A stretch of DNA of 64,000 nucleotides, from positions 74,815 to 138,814 of the forward strand of contig CAVPRW010000029.1 of NCBI GenBank assembly GCA_963707985.1, written 5' to 3'. This DNA is from an uncultured Nitrospinota bacterium (GTDB lineage Bacteria; Tectomicrobia; Entotheonellia; J063; CAVPRW01). A program made the translations under genes and the position numbers. Positions 23,806-32,996 of the stretch are shown piece after piece. Every line of letters starts with the position of its first letter. Position 1 is the first letter of the stretch. The notes under the pieces were generated by a model that did no database searches, was not told the DNA's origin, and saw only the letters and a list, made by a program, of their open reading frames with translations.

Positions 23806-24105
23806 ATGATGAACATTAGCCAGGTGCGCATTTACCCATTCGATACCGGAAGCCTCGGCGGACAGACGCGGGCGTATGCCGACATTACCATTGACTCCTG
23901 TCTGGTCCTCAAGGGCTTGCGCGTGGTGGAAGGAGCTGGCGGCGGGTTGTTTGTCGCTTTCCCAACCCAGCGTGGGCGGAACGGACGCTATTATGAGCTG
24001 GTCGTGCCCGTCGATGCAGTCACGCGGGAGTACATTCGGACCACTGTGATCGATGCTTACAAGCAGTGGACCCTCAGCGATCTGGGTACAGCATCGCCAT
24101 GCTAA
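23806..24105 (+). CDS. spoVG: SpoVG family nucleic-acid-binding protein
   Basis: RAYADITID..LKGLRVVEG..GLFVAFP..GRYYELVVP. Confidence 0.85.
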   Translation: MMNISQVRIYPFDTGSLGGQTRAYADITIDSCLVLKGLRVVEGAGGGLFVAFPTQRGRNGRYYELVVPVDAVTREYIRTTVIDAYKQWTLSDLGTASPC

Positions 24106-24857
24106 TGGACGCAGCTCTCCAGCACCGGGTGTCTGTGGCCCTCGATAACATCCGCGTAGTGCTCGTCGAACCGCAGCATTCTGGGAATATCGGGGCCGTC
24201 GCCCGGGCCATGAAAAACATGTCACTCAGTCGGCTCGTGCTGGTGAATCCGGTTGACCACTTGGCCTTGGAAGCGCGCATGATGGCCATGCATGCCCTGG
24301 ATATTTTACAACAGGCCCAAGTGGTTGATACGTTGACGCAGGCGATCGCCGACGCGGGATATGTGGTGGGCACCACACGACGCCTGGGAAAGTTCCGACA
24401 GGCCCAGCACACCTCCCGCAGTATTGCTCCGCTGCTCCTGGAATTAGCAGCGTCGAATCCCGTGGGGCTGGTCTTCGGCCGGGAGGATAGCGGTCTTAGC
24501 AACGACGAACTGGCGCGATGCCATGAATTGGTCACCATTCCGGCCCATCCGACCTTTGGCTCGTTAAACCTGGCACAAGCCGTGCTCCTGGTGTGCTATG
24601 AGCTCTATGTCAGCGCTGTAACTCAGCCTCTTGCGCCGCCTCCACTCCTCGCGACGACTGCTGAGGTCGATCGCCTCTACGACCGTATGCAGCAGGTTTT
24701 GCGCCACATCGGATTTCTGCACGGCTCCAATCCGGATCGGATGATGGGTTATTTTCGCCGTTTTTTCGCGCGCTTCGGCCTGAAATCACGCGATGTTAAA
24801 GTGTTCTTGGGGGTGTTTCGCCAGATCGAATGGTATATCAATCGCCATATTGACTAA
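24099..24857 (+). CDS. trmJ: SPOUT RNA methyltransferase, TrmJ/LasT family
   Basis: GNIGAVARAMKN, VFGREDSGL, SLNLAQAV. Confidence 0.88.
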   Translation: MLMDAALQHRVSVALDNIRVVLVEPQHSGNIGAVARAMKNMSLSRLVLVNPVDHLALEARMMAMHALDILQQAQVVDTLTQAIADAGYVVGTTRRLGKFRQAQHTSRSIAPLLLELAASNPVGLVFGREDSGLSNDELARCHELVTIPAHPTFGSLNLAQAVLLVCYELYVSAVTQPLAPPPLLATTAEVDRLYDRMQQVLRHIGFLHGSNPDRMMGYFRRFFARFGLKSRDVKVFLGVFRQIEWYINRHID

Positions 24858-25248
24858 AGTGGCTGAGCCAGGACCTCTCCAGAATTCCCTGCCGGCCAGG
24901 TCGAGTCCCCGAACCACCATGCCGATGTCCCGAGCTCAAGATATGAGCAATCGCGCCCGAGCGGCTCCAGCAACGGCCCGGGGCCGGTGACGGTGACGCC
25001 TAGGCACCCCCATCCATGGCTTGCCTGCGAAGAGGGGTGGTGCAGGTGGCGGCGATGGCGACGCACGGTAATCAGCCAGTCAAGGTCATTGCATCGACCT
25101 CTGAAGTCCTGTATGATTGAAAATTGTCATAAAGCCTTGATCATTGAGCCCCCGGCTGTGCCCGGGTGCGGTGCGGAGGGCGCCATGCGCCTCCAGATGA
25201 GAGGTCGCACGATGGCCCCTGGTGTTTTAGCGCGGGACATCACCAGCC

Positions 25249-26196
25249 ATGGATCATGAGATACGTCATTCCCAACCAATGATCTGGTATCCAAACGGGC
25301 AACAGCAGGACAGAAGGGGTGTGTGGGATCGTCTTCCGGTAACGCACATCCTGTTCTTCTTGGCGACCCTGGTTACCACCACCTTTTTTGGAGCGTTCCA
25401 TCACCATGTCAATCTCTTCCAAGAGCCCTGGAAGTTTTATCAGGGGTTTCCCTTTTCGCTGACCTTGCTGGCTATCCTCGGAACCCATGAGTTCGGCCAT
25501 TATTGGATGGCACGCTATCATGGCGTCCCTGTGACCCTGCCATACTTTATCCCAGCACCTTCAATCATTGGAACGTTTGGGGCGTTTATCCGCATCAAAG
25601 ACGTCGTGCCTAACCGTCGCGCACTCTTCGATATCGGGGTGGCGGGACCAATCGCCGGGTTTGTCGTGGCGGTACCGGCCATTATTCTAGGGATTATCCT
25701 GTCCGAAGTCAGACCGGCCGTCGGGTTGAGCGATATTGAGCTAGGATCATCCCTGCTGTTCAATGGCCTGGTACAGCTGCTCCTGGGGGCGACGCCCCAG
25801 TCCTACGATGTCTTCCTGCACCCGATTGCCTTCGCGGGCTGGCTTGGATTCCTGGTGACGGCTTTGAATCTGATTCCTGCCGGCCAGTTGGATGGGGGAC
25901 ATATCATCTATTCGCTTTGTGGCCGCTGGCACCGGTTGGTGACGATCCTCTGCGTCCTGGCTATGCTCCCCTTGGGATGGTATTGCTGGGTTTGGTGGAT
26001 GTGGGCCTTTGTGATTTTTATGTTCTCGGGACCCCATGCTGCCTGGCGTTACGGCTGGCGGTTTGCCTTCCTTCACCCCCCACTGCGCGATGAGTCAGCG
26101 CCATTGTCGCGCACCCAGAAATGCGTGGCTGTCGTCGCCCTGCTGATTTTCGTCATGACGTTCCCGCCCGTACCGTTTACCCTTTTCTTCGACTAG
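25249..26196 (+). CDS. Site-2 protease (M50 family)
   Basis: HEFGH, AGPIAG, NLIPAGQLDGG, several TM segments. Confidence 0.9.
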   Translation: MDHEIRHSQPMIWYPNGQQQDRRGVWDRLPVTHILFFLATLVTTTFFGAFHHHVNLFQEPWKFYQGFPFSLTLLAILGTHEFGHYWMARYHGVPVTLPYFIPAPSIIGTFGAFIRIKDVVPNRRALFDIGVAGPIAGFVVAVPAIILGIILSEVRPAVGLSDIELGSSLLFNGLVQLLLGATPQSYDVFLHPIAFAGWLGFLVTALNLIPAGQLDGGHIIYSLCGRWHRLVTILCVLAMLPLGWYCWVWWMWAFVIFMFSGPHAAWRYGWRFAFLHPPLRDESAPLSRTQKCVAVVALLIFVMTFPPVPFTLFFD

Positions 26197-26373
26197 ACAC
26201 CGATCCCCTAGGCACGTCACCGGATAGCCCTGAGGCTACTGAGGCTCACCGGGGAGAGCGACGAAGGGCATAGCGCCACCCTGCCATCGGGCCGCAGCGT
26301 ATACTGCTACGAGCTTTCTAGCCCATTCAATTGCTAAAAATCATCGTTTATTATCAAAAAAATCAAAAATATA

Positions 26374-26401
26374 TTGACAGAATTGATGTATATGATATGT
26401 T
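26374..26401 (+). promoter_or_regulatory. Sigma70-type promoter of the pil operon
   Basis: TTGACA-16 nt-TATGTT with a TGn extension and AT-rich upstream tract. Confidence 0.5.
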
Positions 26402-26545
26402 CAGGCTAATTTATAAGTGAAAATGATATAAATAGAGGATAGCATCGCACGCAGGCTCGGCCGTGTTCGGTTGCACGTAGACCATGGTCTGTGGCGTGGG
26501 CTGCTTCTCTGATCTGACGACTGCAAGACCGGGAGATTCCAGCCT

Positions 26546-27616
26546 ATGTGGTTCCGACGCACGAAACCACTGATCGGCATCGATATCGGCTCACATGCGA
26601 TCAAGCTGGTGCGCTTCGCTCTCGCCGGAAACTCCTACCAACTCTGTGACCTGGCGCTCTTTCCGATCCCGCCCGACATCGTGGTCGACGGGGTGATCGG
26701 TGATCTGCCCGCCGTACAAGGGATGTTACGTCGCCTCATCACGCTCGAGCACATCACCGACAAGGATGTGGCTCTGGCGCTTTCCAGCCATTCCGTGATC
26801 GTCAAGAAGGTTCAAATGGTGTGGATGTCTGAGGAAGAACTGGCCAATGCTATGCCCTATGAGGCCGAACAGCACATCCCATTCGACGTCTATGATGTCA
26901 ACACAGACTTTCAGATCCTCAGTGCCCACGATACGAATCCGCCCAGAGGTGGGCAGATGGAGGTGTTGCTGGCTGCCGCCAAGAAAGGCCGCGTGGATGA
27001 GTTAAGCCAGGTGGCCCGCGGCGCCAACCTCAGCCCTGCGGTAATCGACGTCGACACGTTGGCCTTGATCAACGCCTTCGAGCTCAATTACCCCGACGAG
27101 ATGGGTGGTCACGTGATCGCGCTCGTCCACCTTGGGGCCAGCATGATGACGGTGCTAATCGTGAAGGATGGCTTAAGTACCTTTCAACGCGACATTGCCT
27201 TGGGAGGTAATCAATACACGGCTGAACTGCAGAAGGCGCTGGGCCTCAGCCGTGAGGACGCGGAAGCCGTGAAATTGGGCGTGCGTCCTGAGAATCGGGC
27301 CCAGGTCGACGTGCTCACCGCCCTTCGGAGGGTTACCGAGGAAGTGGTGGCTGAGGTCCGGCGCTCGTTCGAGTTTTACCTGGCCAGTGCTGGAGACGAA
27401 CCGATCGAGAGGTTGTATCTGAGCGGGGGGAGCAGCCGTATGAAGGGGTTGAGCCAAGTACTTGCGTCGCGCCTTCATCTCTCCGTTGAGCTGCTCAATC
27501 CCTTTCGACGCATCGATATCCCTGAAAAGTTCTTTGCTGTTGACTACGTCCACGACATGGGCCCCATCGCCGCGGTGGCCGCGGGTCTGGCCCTGCGGCA
27601 GAAGGGCGATCGATGA
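26546..27616 (+). CDS. pilM: Type IV pilus assembly protein PilM
   Basis: IGIDIGSHAIK actin-like fold, EAEQHIPF, LSGGSS. Confidence 0.93.
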   Translation: MWFRRTKPLIGIDIGSHAIKLVRFALAGNSYQLCDLALFPIPPDIVVDGVIGDLPAVQGMLRRLITLEHITDKDVALALSSHSVIVKKVQMVWMSEEELANAMPYEAEQHIPFDVYDVNTDFQILSAHDTNPPRGGQMEVLLAAAKKGRVDELSQVARGANLSPAVIDVDTLALINAFELNYPDEMGGHVIALVHLGASMMTVLIVKDGLSTFQRDIALGGNQYTAELQKALGLSREDAEAVKLGVRPENRAQVDVLTALRRVTEEVVAEVRRSFEFYLASAGDEPIERLYLSGGSSRMKGLSQVLASRLHLSVELLNPFRRIDIPEKFFAVDYVHDMGPIAAVAAGLALRQKGDR

Positions 27617-28206
27617 TTCGCATCAACTTACTTCCCGTCCGCCAGCTCAAAAGACAAGCGCTGCTGCGCCAGCAGTTGTACATGTTTGGCGCCATCATCG
27701 CGACCGTGTCGATCGGTGTGGGCGCCGTTTGGATCATGGACAGGCACGCCATGGCTCAACTGGAGGCGGAGCAAGCGGAGTTGCATGCCAATCTCGAGCG
27801 TTTGAAACCGATCGTCGATGAAGTCAATGCGCTCGAACGCCGCGAAAAGCTGCTCAACGCCCGCATTGAGACGATCCAACGCTTGCGCAGCAACCAGCGC
27901 GGGCCAGTGCACGTGTTAGATGCCTTGAGCCGCAACCTCCCTGATCAGGCGTGGTTGGAAACGATCGATGAGAGTGCTGGCGTCTATAAGGTAACGGGCT
28001 ATGCCTTGACGAATTTCGCAGTGGCCGATTTGTTATGGAATCTACAACGGTCCAAGGAATTTACCGGAGTGGACCTGATCTCATCTGAGCAAGTGGTGAT
28101 GGCCGGTCGTGAAATCAAGAAATTCATCATCCATTTCCAACGTGCGGCTGGTCCTGCGAAACCTGACGTCATACCGTCGACAGCGCAGCGGAGACCTGGT
28201 GCATGA
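27613..28206 (+). CDS. pilN: Type IV pilus assembly protein PilN
   Basis: MIRINLLP motif, TM segment, coiled coil. Confidence 0.92.
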   Translation: MIRINLLPVRQLKRQALLRQQLYMFGAIIATVSIGVGAVWIMDRHAMAQLEAEQAELHANLERLKPIVDEVNALERREKLLNARIETIQRLRSNQRGPVHVLDALSRNLPDQAWLETIDESAGVYKVTGYALTNFAVADLLWNLQRSKEFTGVDLISSEQVVMAGREIKKFIIHFQRAAGPAKPDVIPSTAQRRPGA

Positions 28207-28811
28207 ATAGTTTACTGGAAAAACTGGAAGCCTTGGAGCCCAAACAGCGCTGGCTGATTTGCGGCCTGACGGTCGTATTATTGGCTGGCATCGGCTATTA
28301 CCTGCACTCGATGCATGCGGAGAACTTTGACACTCTTAGCCTCGCCGTCGAAGAGTTGCGTCAATCGGTCCAGAAGCATCAGGCCATTGCCCTTCGCCTT
28401 GACGAGCTGAAGGCACGTATAGTCGCACTCGATGACGCACTGAAGGTGGCCATCACGCTCCTACCGGAGACGCGCGAGATCCCTGAATTGCTGACCCAGA
28501 TCTCCCAATTGGGATCGAATGCAGGCCTGGAATTTCGGCTCTTCAAGCCCGAGGCCGAAAGACCATCCGACTTTTACGCGGAAGTCCCTGTGAGCCTAGC
28601 AATCTTGGGTTTCTTCCACAATCTGGCACGCTTTTTTGATCACCTCTCGAAGCTCTCGCGCATCGTCAACGTCACAGATATCAAGATCAGTCTCGCCAAG
28701 GGGAGTGGTGAGGCCTACACCCTCACGACGAACTGTCTCTTAACCACCTTCCGATTTCTGGAACCCCAGGAAGCTGCCGGTAAAAAAGGTGCGACCCCAG
28801 CCAACCCATGA
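28203..28811 (+). CDS. pilO: Type IV pilus assembly protein PilO
   Basis: LPETREIPELL, FYAEVPV, RIVNV. Confidence 0.92.
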   Translation: MNSLLEKLEALEPKQRWLICGLTVVLLAGIGYYLHSMHAENFDTLSLAVEELRQSVQKHQAIALRLDELKARIVALDDALKVAITLLPETREIPELLTQISQLGSNAGLEFRLFKPEAERPSDFYAEVPVSLAILGFFHNLARFFDHLSKLSRIVNVTDIKISLAKGSGEAYTLTTNCLLTTFRFLEPQEAAGKKGATPANP

Positions 28812-28827
28812 AAAGGAAACGTGCCCC

Positions 28828-29346
28828 ATGCCGCGGATCATGCTGGTGGTGATGGCCCTTGGTATGGGTGCGATGCTCACGGCGTGCAGCGTTGAGGAAC
28901 CGGTGCAAACGGGAAGCCCCCCAGTCAAGCGTCGTCAGGAAGCGAAGCAACCGGCTTTGCAAGCGCTTTCGCCAGCGCCCGATGAAGAGTCCTATACCTA
29001 TGATCCGAGCAACCGGCGAGACCCCTTCAAACCACTCATCGAGTCCACTCAACCGCCTGACCCCAGTGGTCCGGACAAGGCGAATTGCCCACCGACGCAG
29101 GAGTTTGAGTTGTCTAGCCTGAAATTGGTGGCGATTGTCTGGGGGGAGATGGGACGCAAGGCGATGCTCAAAGCGCCGAACGGTCGAGGCTATGCCGTGA
29201 CTGAAGACATGCTTATTGGGCGAAACTGTGGGCGCATCCGTCGCATCGAATCCAATGCCGTGGTGATCGAGGAAACCCGTCGGGATACCGAAGGGCGGGT
29301 CATGCAAGAGGAGGTTGTCTTACGACTACGGGAACGTGAGGGATAG
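28828..29346 (+). CDS. pilP: Type IV pilus lipoprotein PilP
   Basis: Lipobox LTAC, RRDPFKP, LKLVAIV. Confidence 0.9.
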   Translation: MPRIMLVVMALGMGAMLTACSVEEPVQTGSPPVKRRQEAKQPALQALSPAPDEESYTYDPSNRRDPFKPLIESTQPPDPSGPDKANCPPTQEFELSSLKLVAIVWGEMGRKAMLKAPNGRGYAVTEDMLIGRNCGRIRRIESNAVVIEETRRDTEGRVMQEEVVLRLREREG

Positions 29347-29367
29347 CCCACAGATAAGGGAGAGTCA

Positions 29368-31840
29368 ATGCGACGCTGGCACGTCACGGTGTTCTGCCTC
29401 AGCCTTGCGATCGTTGGCCTCATGGGTTGCGCCCTGAACACCTCACCTGGAGAGCAAGCTAGATCGGCACAGACGTTCCCCCAGGTCCTCAGCGTTCCTA
29501 ACGGCGGTCGATGTCGACGTTCTAGACGACCACGTGCTCATTACCTTACAGTCCGATGTCCCATTGCGCTATGTTGTGCGCCATGACGAGACGCCATCTC
29601 GTCTCGTCGTTGATCTGCCGGCGCATCGTATCGCCCCAGGCGTGCGACCCCTGGAGGTGTTTCAAGGCGGTGTGACGGGGGTCTATCCTCAGCAAATGGC
29701 GGAGCATGGTGGGAGCCAGGTTGAAATCGGCATACTCCCGGGCGTTATCCACTCCTGGTCGTCGCCCTCCGCCAGCACCCTTCTGGTTGAAATTCGTTCC
29801 GACGCCGCAGCGCACGCGCGTTCAGCCACGCGGGAGGGTCTAAGACCGAAGGGGTATAGTCCAGAGACAGGATCGGCGGCTCAGCCGTCAGCACCTTCCA
29901 AACGGCAACAACGAGCCTTCACCTTGGGACGGACAACCCCAGGCAATGCGGTGCGCGCCACCGAGGTGATCGGCCTCGCGGTTGAGCCAGCCGGTGATCG
30001 CACGTTGGTCCGTGTCGTTGGCAACGGCCCGATCTTAGTCTACAAGACTGAGCGCCCGACGCATCCGTCGCAATTCGTTCTGTCCCTCCCCTCCCTGAGC
30101 ACGGCGCTGTCGGGACAACGCCTGGACATCGCCACCCCACAACTCAAACAGGTGGCGGTCCGCGCCCCAGATACCGAGGGCACGACCATTGAGATGACTT
30201 TAGGATCTGGTGTCGCCCCGCAAATTGTCCGTGATGGGGCACAGGTAGTGGTAGAAATTGCCGGCAAACCATCGAGGCAACGGAGCCCCAAACACGGCGC
30301 GTGGTCCCCGCCTGATGCCGGTTTCAGCCCAGAAAGGGCCAGAGGGCGGCCGCCCTCGCTCCGGTCATGCTGGCCCAGCACCATGGCGTCAGCCCGCCAA
30401 CCGCAGAAGGCGCTCCGACCTATTCCGGTCAGCGAATCTCTCTCGATTTCCAACAGGCCGACCTCATCGATGTCCTGCGGCTGATCGCCGAGGTCAGCGG
30501 CATGAATATCATCACCAGCCAGGAAGTCACCGGCAAAGTTACGACACGCATGGTCAATGTCCCCTGGGATCAGGCGCTGGATACGATCCTGAAAACGTTC
30601 GGCTGGGAAAAGATCAGGAGGGTTCGATTATCCGCGTGGCACCTCTTGGAACTACTCCGCAAAGAGCGCGACGACGAATTGCAGTCCAAACGTGTCGTGG
30701 AAGAGCTTGAGGCGCCGGTGACGCGGACGATCCAGCTCAGCTATGCCCGAGCCGAAGAGCTGAAATCCAACATGGAAAAGCTCTTGACCAAGCAGGGCCG
30801 TTTGGATGTCGACAAACGCACGAACACCATCATCGTGAAGGATATCAGCTCCACCGTGGATGAGGTCCTAGAGCTCATCCGACGCCTGGATTCCCAGACC
30901 AGGCAAGTGTCGATCGAAACACGCATTGTCGAGACGGCGCGCACCTTTCTGGAGGAATTAGGCATTCGCTGGGGAGGCTTTGTCAATCAGGAAACCGGCG
31001 TGAAGTTCCCACGGCAGGTGGCACTACTTGGACGCCAGCCCGCACTCTACGGGCCTCATTCCGACGAATCCGCTGGCTCCGCCGGGTACCTTCGGCAATT
31101 TTGCCGTCGATTTACCGACCTTCACACAACCTCCGGCGTTGGCGATTGGCCTGGCGCTGATTTCCAACTCGTCGATCATCGACATGGAGCTGCAGGCCCT
31201 CGAACGGACTGGGCGTGGCCGCATTGTCTCTGCTCCCAAAGTGGTGACGCTGGATAACAAAGAGGCAGTCGTCGAAAGCGGTGACCAAGTCCCCTTCAAA
31301 ACCGAGTCAGCGGACAGTGGTCCAAAGGTTGAGTTCAAGGATGCCATGATTACACTCAAGGTCACGCCGCACATCAGCCCCGATGATTATGTCCTGTTGG
31401 AAGTCGATGCGCGCAAGGCAGAGGTGGACTTCTCCCGCACGGTCGATGGCAACCCGACGATCACCAATCGGCAAACCAGAACCAGTGTCCTGGTGAAGGA
31501 CGGCGCCACGGTCGTCATGGGGGGACTCTTCAAACAACAGACGGTCGAATCGCAGGAAGGGCTTCCTGGGCTGTCGAAGATCCCATATCTCGGCTGGCTA
31601 TTCAAAACCAGGCAGACACGCAACGACAACGAGGACCTGTTGTTTTTTATTACCCCTCGCATCATGCGGGCACGTCAGGAACTCGCGCACTCGTTAGTCA
31701 GCAGCATGGGGCGTGCTGCCGCCAGGGGCACAGGAGAATTCTCGCCCGCTCGTCACGCAAAATTGAGTATAGTGAGAGCCAGTGAAGCGACCTGGCCCGC
31801 AATGATTGACGCATGCATCGTGTGTGGCCGCAGGCAATGA
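29368..31840 (+). CDS. pilQ: Type IV pilus secretin PilQ (lipoprotein, AMIN domains); several frameshifts
   Basis: LMGC lipobox; ISLDFQQAD, VPWDQALD, QVSIETRIVE, SAPKVVTLDN, LFFITPRI in successive frames. Confidence 0.88.
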
Positions 31841-31871
31841 CACCGAGAGGTTTTGAGCAAAGGATATCATC

Positions 31872-32996
31872 ATGCAGACTGTGACCGTGGCATTGGGCGA
31901 GCGGAGTTATGCGATACACATTGGCCAAGGGGTGTTGGACGGCGTTGGCGAGGTTTTGGCGCAGCTGCCCGTGACGAAAAGGGCGCTGGTGGTGACCCAA
32001 CCGGCCATTGCCGCGGCCTATGGTGAGAGGGTATTGCAGAGCTTGCGCTCGCAGGGCTTTGCGGCCGAGACATGCGAGGTGCTCGATGCCGAGGAAGCTA
32101 AGAGCTTGGGCTGGCTTGAACGTATCTACGACCGTGCCATCGAGCTTCGGCTCGATCGTCGCTCGCTCATCGTGGCTCTAGGGGGTGGAGTCGTCGGCGA
32201 CTTGGCAGGATTCGCCGCGGCCACGTATATGCGTGGTGTCCCGTTCGTGCAGATTCCCACCACGCTGCTTGCGCAAGTGGATAGTAGCTTTGGCGGTAAA
32301 ACCGCCATCAATCACCCCCGTGGTAAAAACCTCATTGGCGCTTTCTATCAACCGCGGGCGGTGCTGATCGATGTCGAAACGTTGCAGACTCTTTCCGGGC
32401 GTGAACTGCGCTCTGGGTTGGCTGAAGTGGTCAAGTACGGGGTGATCGCGAAGCCCGATCTATTCGAGCTGCTCGAGGGCTGCACGACTGCAGGGCTCCT
32501 GCAAGATGCCGCGCTGTTGACACGGGTGATTCGCGATTGCTGCCAGATCAAGGCGGATGTGGTGGCGGTGGACGAACATGAGACCGGTATTCGGGCCATT
32601 CTCAACTTCGGCCATACCTTCGGCCATGCCATCGAAGCCGCTGGCGGTTTCTCGACGTATACGCACGGGGAGGCGGTGGCCATCGGCATGGTATGGGCCA
32701 CCGATTTGTCGCTGCGGATGGGTCTGTGCGACCCGGCATTGCTGGACCGTGTGAGGGGGCTGCTCCAGTCCCTCGGATTGCCGATCGCGCTCAAGGCACG
32801 CATTGAGGGCATTCGTGACACATTACTCCTAGACAAGAAGGCCGTCGCTGGGCGTTTGCGGTTCATTCTGGCGGATGGATTGGGACAGGTGTCGGTTCGT
32901 GACGATGTCCCAGCACAGCTCGTCGAGGACATCATTGACGACGGGTTGAGTGCCCATTCGCTGTCACAGGAGGAGGTACCCATACGTGCGACATAG
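31872..32996 (+). CDS. aroB: 3-dehydroquinate synthase
   Basis: GGGVVGDLAGF, PTTLLAQVDSS, LNFGHTFGHAIE, HGEAVAIG. Confidence 0.95.
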   Translation: MQTVTVALGERSYAIHIGQGVLDGVGEVLAQLPVTKRALVVTQPAIAAAYGERVLQSLRSQGFAAETCEVLDAEEAKSLGWLERIYDRAIELRLDRRSLIVALGGGVVGDLAGFAAATYMRGVPFVQIPTTLLAQVDSSFGGKTAINHPRGKNLIGAFYQPRAVLIDVETLQTLSGRELRSGLAEVVKYGVIAKPDLFELLEGCTTAGLLQDAALLTRVIRDCCQIKADVVAVDEHETGIRAILNFGHTFGHAIEAAGGFSTYTHGEAVAIGMVWATDLSLRMGLCDPALLDRVRGLLQSLGLPIALKARIEGIRDTLLLDKKAVAGRLRFILADGLGQVSVRDDVPAQLVEDIIDDGLSAHSLSQEEVPIRAT

